NCBI GenBank assembly: GCA_035502355.1
Contig: DATJUM010000194.1
Span: forward strand, 6,483 to 70,482
Origin: Rhizomicrobium sp.
GTDB lineage: Bacteria > Pseudomonadota > Alphaproteobacteria > Micropepsales > Micropepsaceae
DNA length: 64,000 nt
Direction of reading: 5' to 3'
Under the pieces are notes generated by a model, which searched no databases, had not been told where the DNA came from, and was given only the letters and a program-made list of their open reading frames with translations. The translations under genes and the position numbers were made by a program. This document shows, one piece after another, positions 35,679 to 45,511 of the stretch; within the stretch, counting starts at the first letter, position 1, and each line of letters begins with the position of its first letter.

Positions 35679-37409
35679 GTGGCCATGCCGAACGGCAAAT
35701 TCAGCCCCATGCCTGCAGACGGCGATCGTGCCCGTAGGCGTTTCGCAACCGAACAGGTGGCCAAGGCTGCGCTGGGGGGGCTGCTTTGGTTTGCTTACGT
35801 CATGCTGGTGGGGCCGCCGGACCTGCCGGAACTCATCGCGCTGGCGGGTTTCGCGGCGCCCTGCGCGCTCGGCCTTCTGGCGCTTGCAGGCGTCTCGCTG
35901 GACGTTTTGGAAGGGGCCTCCTTCGTGTGTTTCGCCGGGCTCATCGGCTACATGGTGGCAATCACGGGTGGCATGCATTCGCCGCTGCTCGTCTGGTTTG
36001 TCGTCCTGCCCACGGAAGCAGCGCTCGCGGGGGGGCGGGCCTGCGTGCTGCGTGCTGCAGTCGCGGCAGGCCTCGCGCTCGCCGCGGTTGCTCTGTTCGA
36101 GTCGCTGCATGCGTTGCCGCGAATTCAGCCGCTCGCGCCTTACTGGCAGGTCTATGCCGGCTCTGTTCTCATGGCCATCATTCAATCTGCGCTCATTGCC
36201 ATTGCGGCGCAGGAACGCCAGCGCACGGCGGATCGCGCCGCCAGCGAAGGCGCGGAGATCTATCGGTTTCTTGCAGAGAACGCGACCGATTTGATCACCC
36301 GTCATGGGCCCGATGGGGCCATCCGCTATGCGAGCCCGGCCGCCCGTCGTCTTCTGACAATCGAGCCGAACTCGCTCGAAGGTAGGTCGCTATCCGCGCT
36401 GGTGTATGCCGACGATCTGGAATGCGCCCGCGACGCGATCGGGAAAGCGGCGGTTTCGGAGCGGCAGACAACTGCGGAAGTACGGCTGCGCCGGGCCGAC
36501 GGCAGTTTCGTCGCCACCGAAATGCGCTGCCGGCGGGCCGTTGGCCGGGCCGGCCGCGCGGGCGACGTGGTGGCGGTCACGCGCGACATTGCCGAGCGCA
36601 AGGCGCAGGAAGAGGCACTGATTGCCGCGCGCGAAACGGCCGAAGAAGCGAGCCGTGCCAAGTCCCGTTACCTCGCCCATATGAGCCACGAGTTGCGCAC
36701 GCCGCTCAACGCGATCCTCGGTTTCTCCGAGGTAATGAGCCATGAGATGTACGGTGCGCTCGGCAATCCGCAATATGTGGAGTATGCGCGGCTTATTCAC
36801 GAATGCGGCGGCCATCTCCTTGAGCTGATCAATGGCGTGCTCGACATGTCGAAGATCGAGGCGGGCAAATTCGATCTCAGCGAAACGGCATTCGATCTCG
36901 AAGCTGCCGCCGGGCAGGCATTGCGCCTTGTGAAGCTGCAGGCGGAACGCAAGGGTGTCGCGCTGAAGACGTCGATCGCGCCGGGCGCACGCACCGTCTT
37001 CGCGGATCAACGCGCGGTGAAACAGATACTTCTCAACCTTCTTGCCAATGCGGTGAAATTCACGCCGCGCGGCGGCACGGTGTGGGTTGCGGCTGCGCGC
37101 GAGGGTGGCGCAGTGGAACTCGCGGTCGCCGATACCGGCATCGGCATTGCGGAATCGGATCTCGATCGTCTGTGCCAGCCTTTCGAACAGGCCGACAGCG
37201 CGCCGTCGCAGGAAGGCACGGGCCTCGGCCTTTCGCTCGTGAAGGCGCTGGCCACTCTGCATGAGGGAGAGGTGCGCATTCAGTCCGCGCGCGGCGAGGG
37301 GACCGTGGTCCGCGTGCGCCTGCCACGTGCGGCCGTGACAGATGTGAAACAGCCACTTTCAGACCGTTTCTTGCAGGATATGCGGGCCGCGCTTAAAGGC
37401 GCGGCGTGA
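35679..37409 (+). CDS. membrane PAS sensor histidine kinase (PleC/DivJ-like H-box)
   Basis: Multi-TM N-terminus, one PAS domain, the H-box HMSHELRTPLNAILGFSEVM, and N/G boxes (LLNLLANAVKFTP, DTGIGI, GTGLGLSLV). The start is GTG 35679 or ATG 35685. Confidence 0.85.
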   Translation: MAMPNGKFSPMPADGDRARRRFATEQVAKAALGGLLWFAYVMLVGPPDLPELIALAGFAAPCALGLLALAGVSLDVLEGASFVCFAGLIGYMVAITGGMHSPLLVWFVVLPTEAALAGGRACVLRAAVAAGLALAAVALFESLHALPRIQPLAPYWQVYAGSVLMAIIQSALIAIAAQERQRTADRAASEGAEIYRFLAENATDLITRHGPDGAIRYASPAARRLLTIEPNSLEGRSLSALVYADDLECARDAIGKAAVSERQTTAEVRLRRADGSFVATEMRCRRAVGRAGRAGDVVAVTRDIAERKAQEEALIAARETAEEASRAKSRYLAHMSHELRTPLNAILGFSEVMSHEMYGALGNPQYVEYARLIHECGGHLLELINGVLDMSKIEAGKFDLSETAFDLEAAAGQALRLVKLQAERKGVALKTSIAPGARTVFADQRAVKQILLNLLANAVKFTPRGGTVWVAAAREGGAVELAVADTGIGIAESDLDRLCQPFEQADSAPSQEGTGLGLSLVKALATLHEGEVRIQSARGEGTVVRVRLPRAAVTDVKQPLSDRFLQDMRAALKGAA

Positions 37410-37738
37410 GCACTCGGCTCAAAACCGCAATCTACGTGAAAGCCCTGATCCGCCGCGCGGAAGTGGCTGGGGCATCCGCTTATGTGCTGCGCCATGGTGC
37501 CGAGGAGGCTGGCACACTTTATCTGAAGCTCGCGCGTCCGGAACGGCGCTGTACTGTTCTCAGCCAGGCGCGACGCGGCGAGGGCGAACTTGTCTGGATC
37601 AGGCCGCTCGGCGCGACGAGCGACGAGGACGCGGCGACCAAGTACTTCGAAAAACAGATGCGCTTCGATCCCGATCTCTGGATCGTCGAAATCGAAGACC
37701 GCGAAGGTCGCGCCTTCGTGGACGAACCGATCGTGTGA
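37406..37738 (+). CDS. DUF1491-family protein
   Basis: GTG 37406 overlaps the kinase stop (GTGA). 110 aa. LKTAIYVKALIRRAEVAGASAYVLRHG...DLWIVEIED matches my recollection of the alphaproteobacterial DUF1491 family. Confidence 0.6.
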   Translation: MSTRLKTAIYVKALIRRAEVAGASAYVLRHGAEEAGTLYLKLARPERRCTVLSQARRGEGELVWIRPLGATSDEDAATKYFEKQMRFDPDLWIVEIEDREGRAFVDEPIV

Positions 37739-37780
37739 GGTAGCTGATGCATTCCGCGATGCACGCGGGGCAGAAGGCAC

Positions 37781-38658
37781 TCATGTAATTTTCGAATCTG
37801 CGAGTGTATCCAGCCGTGCCGCAGCGTCCTTCGACAGGACCAGGTTGGCGGCGGCGAGGTTTTCACGCAGATGCGCGGGCGACGACGTGCCCGGGATGAG
37901 TAGGATGTTCGGCGAGCGGTGCAGGAGCCAGGCCAGCGCGACCTGCATTGGGGTGGCATTCAGCTCCGCGGCGATCGCCGACAGCGTCGAGGATTGCAGC
38001 GGCGTGAAGCCCCCAAGCGGAAAATACGGTACATAGGCGATGCCGTCGCGCGCGAGGGCATCGATCAGGGCGTCGTCCTCGCGATGGATGATATTATAAT
38101 GGTTTTGCACGCAGACGATTTCGCAGATGCGACGGCCTTCGGCGATCTGTGAGGGAGTGGCATTGCTCAACCCGATGTAGCGTATGAGCCCCTCGCGCTG
38201 AAGCTCGGCCAGAGCCGAAAGCTGCGCCTCGATCGGGCCTTCAACGGGGCCATGTACGCCGAATATCACGCGCAGATTGACGACTTCGAGCGCGTCGAGC
38301 GCGAGATTGCGCAGATTATCGTGGACGGGCCGGACAAGTTCCTCGGGCGAGAAGGCCGGGTTCCAGGAGGCATCTGCGCCGCGGCGCGCCCCGACCTTTG
38401 TGACAATGACGAGATCGTCGGATAGGGACGGAGCGCCTCCCTGATCAGCTGATTGGTGACATGCGGGCCATAAAAATCGCTCGTGTCGATGTGGTTTACG
38501 CCGCTTTCGACGGCGCTGCGCAAAACAGCCAGCGCCGTGTCGCGATCCCCGGGCGGCCCGAAAACGCCGGGACCGGCAAGCTGCATGGCGCCGTAACCAA
38601 GCCGCCTAACACTGCGGCTGCCAAGGCGGAACGAACCGGCGGCATCTATCATTGACAT
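37781..38658 (-). pseudogene. aldo/keto reductase, interrupted by a 1-nt frameshift
   Basis: The N-terminal ORF (38266..38658) reads ...LGYGAMQLAGPGVFGP...VNHIDTSDFYGP...IREALRPYP, then turns to nonsense. The family sequence DDLVIVTKVGARRG...LIRYIGLSN...IPGTSSPAHLREN continues in the other frame down to 37781. The junction is at about 38417-38422. Confidence 0.8.
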
Positions 38659-38977
38659 GCTGGACTCCCTTCAGAACGGCCTCATGGGTAATCCTGACCT
38701 GCGGACAGGCAACCCGGCGCCCGCGCGCCATGCGCTTGCGGATCGATCGGAATCGGCGGCCGGCAAAATCAGAAGGGAATTTCCGGCACGAGTCCTGCCC
38801 GTACATTTCGACATTTTCCGGGCGAATACGAATCCCGGGGCAGTTTCGCATGACCGCGATCTATCGCCATTGCGCCCACTCGAAATCATCTCATGAATCT
38901 TCCACGAGGAAATTCGACTCGTGCTCCGGCTCGCGTTCCAGCGCATTATCCAGATTCGGGACTCAAGGGAGGCGCGC

Positions 38978-39922
38978 ATGATGACGACCTATCCTGGCGG
39001 CTCGCCGCCCGAGAGCGCGATTTGGATCGACCTTCTCGATCCGGGCGAGGACGAACGGGCGAAGACCTCCGCTGCGTGCAAAATCGAAATTCCTTCGCGC
39101 GAGGCTCTGGAGGAGATTGAAGCCTCGAGCCGCCTTCGCGTGGTCGAGGGAGGCCTCATCCTCAGCATGCCGATTGCCTCGAAAACCGCTCCCGATGATG
39201 CGATGTCGACGCCGCTCGGCTTCGTGCTGACACCAAAGCTGCTGGTGACCGTGCGCTACGCGGAGCTGCACGCCATCAAGCCGGCGCTGGATCACGTCAG
39301 ACCCGGCACGCGTCCGACTGGTATCGACATGTTCGCGCTGCTGGTCGAAGCGATGGTCGATTACACCGCCGATCTTCTTGAACAGATGGGCGCAAAGCTG
39401 AACGAGCTCTCCCAGCGCATTTTCCGCCGGGGTGCGCAGGAACGCGGGCGCAATGTCGCGCGCTCCAATCGCGCCCTGAAGGAAGCACTCCTCGAGATCG
39501 GAGAGACCGGTGCCCGGCTCAGCTTCATTCGTGACAGCATACTGGGTCTGCAGCGTGTCGCGCCTTTCGCTGCCGAAAGCGGGAAAGACTGGCTGGGCGA
39601 GCCGGTGAGAGCGCGGCTGAAGACAGTAGCTCAGGATTTGCAATCGCTTGCCGATTTCGAAGTGCATCTCACCGACAAGATGCAGTTCCTGCTCGATGCG
39701 GTGCTGGGTTTTATCAACACCGAGCAGAACGACATTTTCAAGGTGCTGACCATCGTCTCGGTGGTGGGCATACCGCCGACGCTCATTGCCAGCATGTACG
39801 GCATGAATTTCGACACAATCCAGGAATATCACTGGCGCTACGGTTATGCCTGGGCGCTGTTCCTGATTGCGCTCTCGGCCATCCTCCCCACCGCCTGGTT
39901 CAAATGGCGTGGCTGGTGGTAA
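38978..39922 (+). CDS. corA: magnesium/cobalt transporter CorA
   Basis: ATG 38978 after AAGGGAGG. Two C-terminal TM helices carry the signature MYGMNF. Confidence 0.88.
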   Translation: MMTTYPGGSPPESAIWIDLLDPGEDERAKTSAACKIEIPSREALEEIEASSRLRVVEGGLILSMPIASKTAPDDAMSTPLGFVLTPKLLVTVRYAELHAIKPALDHVRPGTRPTGIDMFALLVEAMVDYTADLLEQMGAKLNELSQRIFRRGAQERGRNVARSNRALKEALLEIGETGARLSFIRDSILGLQRVAPFAAESGKDWLGEPVRARLKTVAQDLQSLADFEVHLTDKMQFLLDAVLGFINTEQNDIFKVLTIVSVVGIPPTLIASMYGMNFDTIQEYHWRYGYAWALFLIALSAILPTAWFKWRGWW

Positions 39923-39985
39923 AGGCATAACGGTACCGTTTCTGCCTTGCACGGGCGGGCGGGCGCTGCTACCTCCCGCCGCCTT

Positions 39986-41575
39986 ATGAGCGACCTAGCC
40001 CCGAATTCCGCTTCTCCAGCGCGCGAGGCGGCGCGGCGGCGGAGCTTTGCCATCATCTCCCACCCGGATGCCGGCAAGACGACCCTGACTGAACATCTGC
40101 TGCTGCTCGGCGGAGCGATCCGCATGGCAGGGCAGGTGAAGGCGCGTGGCGAGGCGCGGCGCGCCCGCTCCGACTGGATGAAGATCGAGCAGGAACGCGG
40201 CATCTCTGTGACGAGCGCAGTAATGACGTTCGAGTATGAAGCTCGCGTCTTCAACCTGCTCGATACGCCGGGCCATGAGGATTTCAGCGAGGACACCTAC
40301 CGTACCCTGACGGCCGCGGATTCTGCGGTGATGGTGATCGACGCGGCGCGCGGCATCGAGAGCCAGACGCGCAAGCTGTTCGAGGTCTGCCGGCTGCGCG
40401 ACATTCCCATCATGACCTTCATCAACAAGATGGACCGCGAGGCGCGCGATTCCTTCGAACTGCTGGATGAAATCTCCGACCAGCTGCAGCTCGAATGCGC
40501 GCCGATGGTCTGGCCCGCAGGCATGGGCCTGAACTTCCGCGGCATCTATGATCTCGCGCGCGACGAGTTTTTGCGGTTCGGTTCAAACGAACGCGTTTCC
40601 GGCGCTGTCCTGAAAGACGTCCTCGCGAGTGACGAGCGTGAGAAGTTCGAAGAGGAATTTGCGCTGGCGCGCGGCGCCTGTCCAACCTTCGATTTGGAGA
40701 ATTATCGCTCGGGCCATCTCACGCCGGTGTTTTTTGGAAGCGCGCTCAGGAACTTTGGCGTGCGCGAGCTTCTGGATGCGCTCGCCAAATACGCGCCGTC
40801 GCCGCGCGTGCAGGAAACGCGCACGCGGATCGTCGTTCCGGCTGACGAGGAAGTGACGGGATTCGTGTTCAAGGTGCAGGCGAATATGGACCCGAACCAT
40901 CGCGATCGCGTTGCGTTTCTGCGCCTGTGTTCGGGGCGGTTCCGGCGCGGGATGAAGCTCAAGCAGTCCGGCACCGGCAAAACACTCGGCGTGCACAATC
41001 CCATCCTGTTCTTTGCACAGGAGCGCGAGACGGTGGACGTGGCATGGCCGGGCGACGTGATCGGCATTCCCAATCACGGCGTGCTGCGGGTCGGCGACAC
41101 GCTGTCGGAATCGGGCGAGGTGATATTCACCGGTATTCCCAATTTCGCGCCGGAAATCCTGCGCCGCGTGCGGCTCGGCGATCCGATGAAGCAGAAACAT
41201 CTCGCGCGCGCGCTTGAGAGCCTGGCGGAAGAGGGTGTGATCCAGGTGTTCCGGCCGCTGCTCGGCGCGCAATGGATCGTGGGAGTGGTAGGAATGTTGC
41301 AGCTTGACGTATTGAAAAGCCGGCTGCGCGCCGAATACGGCCTCGACACCGATCTCGAGGCTTCGCCCTACGACACGGCGCGCTGGATCTCCGGCACGCC
41401 GCTGGAGCTCGAGAAGTTCATCTCATTTTATCGCAACCAGATGGCCGAGGATCGCGACCGGGCGTCGGTATTTCTGGCCAAGAGCGAGTGGGAACTTGGC
41501 TATGTCGCGCCGAAATTCCCGTCGATCAAATTCGCCAAGACCCGCGAACGCGCCGACATTCACGCTTCGCAATAG
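39986..41575 (+). CDS. prfC: peptide chain release factor 3
   Basis: G-domain FAIISHPDAGKTTLTE, DTPGHEDF, NKMD. The start is ATG 39986 (alternative 39947). Confidence 0.92.
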   Translation: MSDLAPNSASPAREAARRRSFAIISHPDAGKTTLTEHLLLLGGAIRMAGQVKARGEARRARSDWMKIEQERGISVTSAVMTFEYEARVFNLLDTPGHEDFSEDTYRTLTAADSAVMVIDAARGIESQTRKLFEVCRLRDIPIMTFINKMDREARDSFELLDEISDQLQLECAPMVWPAGMGLNFRGIYDLARDEFLRFGSNERVSGAVLKDVLASDEREKFEEEFALARGACPTFDLENYRSGHLTPVFFGSALRNFGVRELLDALAKYAPSPRVQETRTRIVVPADEEVTGFVFKVQANMDPNHRDRVAFLRLCSGRFRRGMKLKQSGTGKTLGVHNPILFFAQERETVDVAWPGDVIGIPNHGVLRVGDTLSESGEVIFTGIPNFAPEILRRVRLGDPMKQKHLARALESLAEEGVIQVFRPLLGAQWIVGVVGMLQLDVLKSRLRAEYGLDTDLEASPYDTARWISGTPLELEKFISFYRNQMAEDRDRASVFLAKSEWELGYVAPKFPSIKFAKTRERADIHASQ

Positions 41576-41583
41576 GTTATTTC

Positions 41584-41628
41584 AACACGATGAACACAAA
41601 CAGGTTGCTTTGTGCTCAACGTGTTTTC
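41584..41628. terminator. compound hairpin between convergent prfC and ilvA
   Basis: AACACG-atg-GAACACAAA-caggttgc-TTTGTGCTC-a-ACGTGTT followed by TTT. Nearly perfect nested stems. Confidence 0.5.
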
Positions 41629-41632
41629 GATC

Positions 41633-42880
41633 TTAGGAGACGCTCGTTTCGGGACGAAGGACGAAACCCGCGTCCTCGAGTTTCGTGCGGATTTCCTTTG
41701 CATGGGTGGCGTCGCGCGCTTCTATGGTAAGGCCGAGATCGGCCGATTTCGCCGACATGTCGGTCAGCATCCGGTTGTGTGAAACCTCGAGAATATTGCC
41801 GCCGGTGTCGCTGACGACCGTTGCAATGCGCGCCAGCAGGCCGGGCCGGTCCTCGATCTTGACGACCAGCGACAGGATGCGACCTTCGCGCGATAGCTCG
41901 CGCAGGATGACGTTCGAAAGCATCCGCATCTCGATATTGCCGCCGGAAATAATTACACCGACCTTCCGGTCACGGAAAATCTCCGGATTGGCCATCACGG
42001 CCGCGAGCGCGGTTGCGCCCGCGCCTTCGGCGACGGTTTTTTCCACTTCAAGCAGCGTGACGATCGCGCGTTCGATCTGGTCCTCGCGAACGAGCAGCAC
42101 GTCCTTCGCGTACGCCGCGAGCACGCGCCGCGCGAGATCGCCCGCCTTCTTTACGGCAATGCCTTCGGCGATGGTCTGCACGGAGCAGGGGAGCGATGCG
42201 CCTTTGAGTACGTCATACATGGACGGGCAGACTTCGGCTTCCGCGCCGTAAATTTCGATGGTTGGCTTTAGCGCTTTGGCGCCGAGTGCGATGCCGGAAA
42301 TCAATCCGCCGCCGCCGATGGGTGCCACGATGGCATCGAGTTCCGGTGCGGCATCGAGCAGTTCGAGTGCAACCGTTCCCTGACCAGCGACGATCTTGGC
42401 ATCTTCATAGGGATGAATGAAGGCAAGCTGTTCCTTGGTGGCGATTTCCTGCGCGCGCTCGAATGCCTGTTCGAGCGTGACGCCGTGGAGGATCACACTG
42501 GCGCCGAAATTCTTCGTGTGTTTGATTTTGTTGTAAGGCGTGCCCTCGGGCATCACGATCGTCGCCGGAATGCCGAGCCTTTGCGCGTGATAGGCGACGC
42601 CCTGCGCGTGATTGCCGGCCGACATGGCGGCCACGCCGCGCTTTTTCTCCTCCGGCGTCAGCGACAGAAGCTTGTTGAGCGCGCCGCGTTCCTTGAAGGA
42701 GGAGGTGAAATGCAGATTCTCGAATTTTAGAAAGATCTCGGCGCCCGTGATCGCCGACAGCGTGCGCGACCAATGCCCCGGCGTGGGGCCGACGATGCCC
42801 TTGATCGCCGCTGCCGCGGCGCGAATGTCGTCGAGCGTAACCTCCGGAAATGTCGACAGCGCGCCGGGCGATCCGTCCAT
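41633..42880 (-). CDS. ilvA: threonine ammonia-lyase (threonine dehydratase)
   Basis: 415 aa. PLP-binding region FENLHFTSSFKERGALN, glycine-rich loop GGGGLISG, and a C-terminal ACT-like domain. Confidence 0.9.
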   Translation of the reverse strand: MDGSPGALSTFPEVTLDDIRAAAAAIKGIVGPTPGHWSRTLSAITGAEIFLKFENLHFTSSFKERGALNKLLSLTPEEKKRGVAAMSAGNHAQGVAYHAQRLGIPATIVMPEGTPYNKIKHTKNFGASVILHGVTLEQAFERAQEIATKEQLAFIHPYEDAKIVAGQGTVALELLDAAPELDAIVAPIGGGGLISGIALGAKALKPTIEIYGAEAEVCPSMYDVLKGASLPCSVQTIAEGIAVKKAGDLARRVLAAYAKDVLLVREDQIERAIVTLLEVEKTVAEGAGATALAAVMANPEIFRDRKVGVIISGGNIEMRMLSNVILRELSREGRILSLVVKIEDRPGLLARIATVVSDTGGNILEVSHNRMLTDMSAKSADLGLTIEARDATHAKEIRTKLEDAGFVLRPETSVS

Positions 42881-42919
42881 CGTTCCGTTCCTCGGGCTTA
42901 AGTCTTCGCGGGTTGCGGC

Positions 42920-42994
42920 TGGTAGCAGCGGAGGGATTTGAACCCCCGACCAAGGGATTATGATTCCCCTGCTCTACCACTGAGCTACGCTGCC
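42920..42994 (-). tRNA. tRNA with anticodon CAT (Met, or Ile2 after lysidine modification)
   Basis: Reverse strand reads GGCAGCG-TA-GCTC-AGTGGTA-GAGC-A-GGGGA-ATCATAA-TCCCT-TGGTC-GGGGG-TTCAAAT-CCCTC-CGCTGCT-A-CCA. This is a 75-nt cloverleaf with encoded CCA. Confidence 0.9.
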
Positions 42995-43051
42995 GGCCAA
43001 GGCGGGGGATGTAAGGTGCGCCCGAAACCCCTGTCAAGCTGCGCCCCCGGC

Positions 43052-44149
43052 TTACGTCCCGAACCGGAAATGCATCACGTCGCCGTCGTGGACGACATAA
43101 TCCTTGCCTTCGAGACGCATGCGGCCGGCGTCGCGAGCGCCCGCTTCGCCTCCGAAAGCGACGTAATCCTCATAGGCGATGGTTTCGGCGCGGATGAAGC
43201 CCTTTTCGAAATCGGTGTGGATGACGCCGGCGGCCTGCGGCGCGCGCGCGCCTTTCGTCACCGTCCATGCACGGGCTTCCTTCGGCCCGGCCGTAAAGAA
43301 GGTGATGAGACCCAGAAGCGCGTAGCCGGCACGGATCAGCCGGTCGAGCCCCGGTTCCGCGAGACCCAGATGTGCGAGAAATTCGGTGCGTTCGGCCGCA
43401 TCGAGTTGCGCCACTTCCTCTTCGATTCGGGCCGAGATGGCCACACACGCGGCACTTTCGCGCTTTGCCTTCTCTTCGACGACCGAGCTGAAGACATTGC
43501 CGCTCGCCGCAGAGCCTTCGTCCACGTTGCAGACATAGAGCACAGGCTTCTCGGTCATAAGGCCCAGCCGGCGAAAGGGCTCACGCTCTTCCTCGGATAG
43601 TTCCGCGAGGCGCGCCGGCTTGCCTTCACGCAGGAGCGCGAGCGCTTTGGACATCAACGCGAATTGTTCTTTCGATTCCTTGTCGCCGCCCTTTGCTTTC
43701 TTCTCGATCGGAACGACCCGCCGCTCGAGGCTCTCCAGATCGGCGAGCATCAATTCGGTTTCCACCGTATCGGCATCGCCCACGGGATCGATGCGGCCTT
43801 CCACATGGGTAATGTCGTCGTCTTCAAAACAGCGCAGCACATGCACGACGGCATCGACTTCGCGAATATTGGCGAGAAACTGGTTGCCGAGTCCTTCGCC
43901 CTTCGAGGCGCCGCGGACCAGTCCTGCGATATCGACGAAAGTGATGCGTGTGGGCACGACGTCGGCGGAATGCGCAAGTGCGGCGAGCTTGTCCAGCCGC
44001 GGATCGGGCACCGCCACTTCACCCACATTGGGCTCGATGGTGCAGAAGGGATAATTCGCCGCCTGTGCAGCCGCAGTCTGCGTCAGTGCATTGAAAAGAG
44101 TCGACTTGCCGACATTGGGCAGGCCAACGATGCCGCATTTGAAACCCAT
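43052..44149 (-). CDS. ychF: redox-regulated ribosome-binding ATPase YchF
   Basis: MGFKCGIVGLPNVGKSTLFNALT... plus the C-terminal TGS-like end ...DGDVMHFRF. Confidence 0.93.
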   Translation of the reverse strand: MGFKCGIVGLPNVGKSTLFNALTQTAAAQAANYPFCTIEPNVGEVAVPDPRLDKLAALAHSADVVPTRITFVDIAGLVRGASKGEGLGNQFLANIREVDAVVHVLRCFEDDDITHVEGRIDPVGDADTVETELMLADLESLERRVVPIEKKAKGGDKESKEQFALMSKALALLREGKPARLAELSEEEREPFRRLGLMTEKPVLYVCNVDEGSAASGNVFSSVVEEKAKRESAACVAISARIEEEVAQLDAAERTEFLAHLGLAEPGLDRLIRAGYALLGLITFFTAGPKEARAWTVTKGARAPQAAGVIHTDFEKGFIRAETIAYEDYVAFGGEAGARDAGRMRLEGKDYVVHDGDVMHFRFGT

Positions 44150-44767
44150 TCAATCGTCCTTCGTAATGGGCTTTGTCTTGTTGGCCGGGGGATTCAGGAT
44201 TATCGTAACCTTGTTCATGAAACCCGCGTCATCATCGCGCGCGAGGCATGGCGCGGCTTCGGCAATCGCGGAAAGCAGCGGCACAAGCCATTCCTCTTCG
44301 GTCTTTGAGAAATTGTTCAGCACATGCGAGATGACGCGGGATTTGGTCCCGGGATGCCCGACGCCAATGCGCACCCGCCGGTAATCCGGCCCCAGTGTCG
44401 CGGTGATGGAACGCAAGCCATTATTGCCCGCGTCGCCGCCGCCGGTTTTCACCTTGAGCTTGCCGGCGGCGAGATCAATCTCGTCATGGATAACAACAAG
44501 CGCGGAAAGCGGCAATTTGTAGAAGCGCATTGCCGCGCCGACCGCTAGACCGCTCTCATTCATATAAGTCATCGGCTTGAGCAGATAGTTCTTGCGCCCG
44601 GCAACTATGCCTTCCGACACCAGGCCCTGAAAGCGCGCGCGCCACGGCGCGAAGGGATAGCTTTCGTGGATCATGTCCACGACCATGAATCCCACATTGT
44701 GGCGGTTGCGCGCATATTCGGCGCCGGGATTGCCAAGCCCCGCGATCAGGAGCGGTGTGTCGAGCAT
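44150..44767 (-). CDS. pth: peptidyl-tRNA hydrolase
   Basis: LIAGLGNPG..Y..NRHNVGF...MNESG. It abuts the ychF start. Confidence 0.92.
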   Translation of the reverse strand: MLDTPLLIAGLGNPGAEYARNRHNVGFMVVDMIHESYPFAPWRARFQGLVSEGIVAGRKNYLLKPMTYMNESGLAVGAAMRFYKLPLSALVVIHDEIDLAAGKLKVKTGGGDAGNNGLRSITATLGPDYRRVRIGVGHPGTKSRVISHVLNNFSKTEEEWLVPLLSAIAEAAPCLARDDDAGFMNKVTIILNPPANKTKPITKDD

Positions 44768-44794
44768 GGCGGGTCAGACGGCCCGCTCGCGGGC

Positions 44795-45511
44795 CTATTT
44801 CTTTTCCGGAGCCTTGGCTTGGGTTGCACCGGGTGCTCCCCCGGCCGGCGCGATGCCTTCTGCAGGCGCCGCCACAGCTTCCACAACTGGCGCCGATGCC
44901 GCCGCTGCAGCAGCGGCCGCTGCTGCACGCTGCTCTTCGATGACGCTGGTGGGCGCCACGATCGAGGCGATGGTGAAGTCGCGCTCGCGGATCGTGGTCT
45001 TCACACCTTCCGGAAGCTTGAAATCGTTGATGTGAAGGGAGCCATGGATGTCGAGCCCCGACAGATCGCCCTCAATGTATTCCGGGATGCTCTCGGCCGG
45101 GCAGAGCAGCTCGACCTCGTGGCGCACGATGTTGAGCACACCGCCGCGCTTCAGCCCGGGCGAACTCTCCTGTCCCTTGAAGCGCACGGGAATGGCCAGT
45201 CTCACGAACGTGCCTTCCGGCAGGCGCAGGAAATCAACATGCACGGGCCGGTCGCTGACCGGGTCCGTCTGCACCGCCCTCGGGATCACGCGGGTCTTGC
45301 GCCCGGCCATGCTGAGCATGACAGGGGTGGTCAGGAAGGTGCCCTTGCTCGCATGACGTTCCAGCTCGCGAAAATCGACCGCGATCGGCTGGGGTGCTTC
45401 GTCGCCGCCATAAACGATGCCGGGGACCTGGCCCTTGCTCCGGGTCCGGAAGGCGTGGCCCTTGCCTTTGCCGAGGCGCGGCTCGGCGCCCAGTTCCTGC
45501 ATCTCGCGCAT
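44795..45511 (-). CDS. rplY: 50S ribosomal protein L25 / general stress protein Ctc
   Basis: 238 aa. The L25/Ctc core (…GQVPGIVYGG…PVHVDFLR…) is followed by an Ala/Pro-rich C-terminal tail. Confidence 0.9.
   Translation of the reverse strand: MREMQELGAEPRLGKGKGHAFRTRSKGQVPGIVYGGDEAPQPIAVDFRELERHASKGTFLTTPVMLSMAGRKTRVIPRAVQTDPVSDRPVHVDFLRLPEGTFVRLAIPVRFKGQESSPGLKRGGVLNIVRHEVELLCPAESIPEYIEGDLSGLDIHGSLHINDFKLPEGVKTTIRERDFTIASIVAPTSVIEEQRAAAAAAAAAASAPVVEAVAAPAEGIAPAGGAPGATQAKAPEKK

Noticed and set aside
42880-43052. tRNA gene as an integration hotspot (genomic island, integrase or att repeats)
   Set aside because: Both flanks are core genes (ilvA and ychF). No integrase ORF and no direct repeat of the tRNA 3' end were seen.
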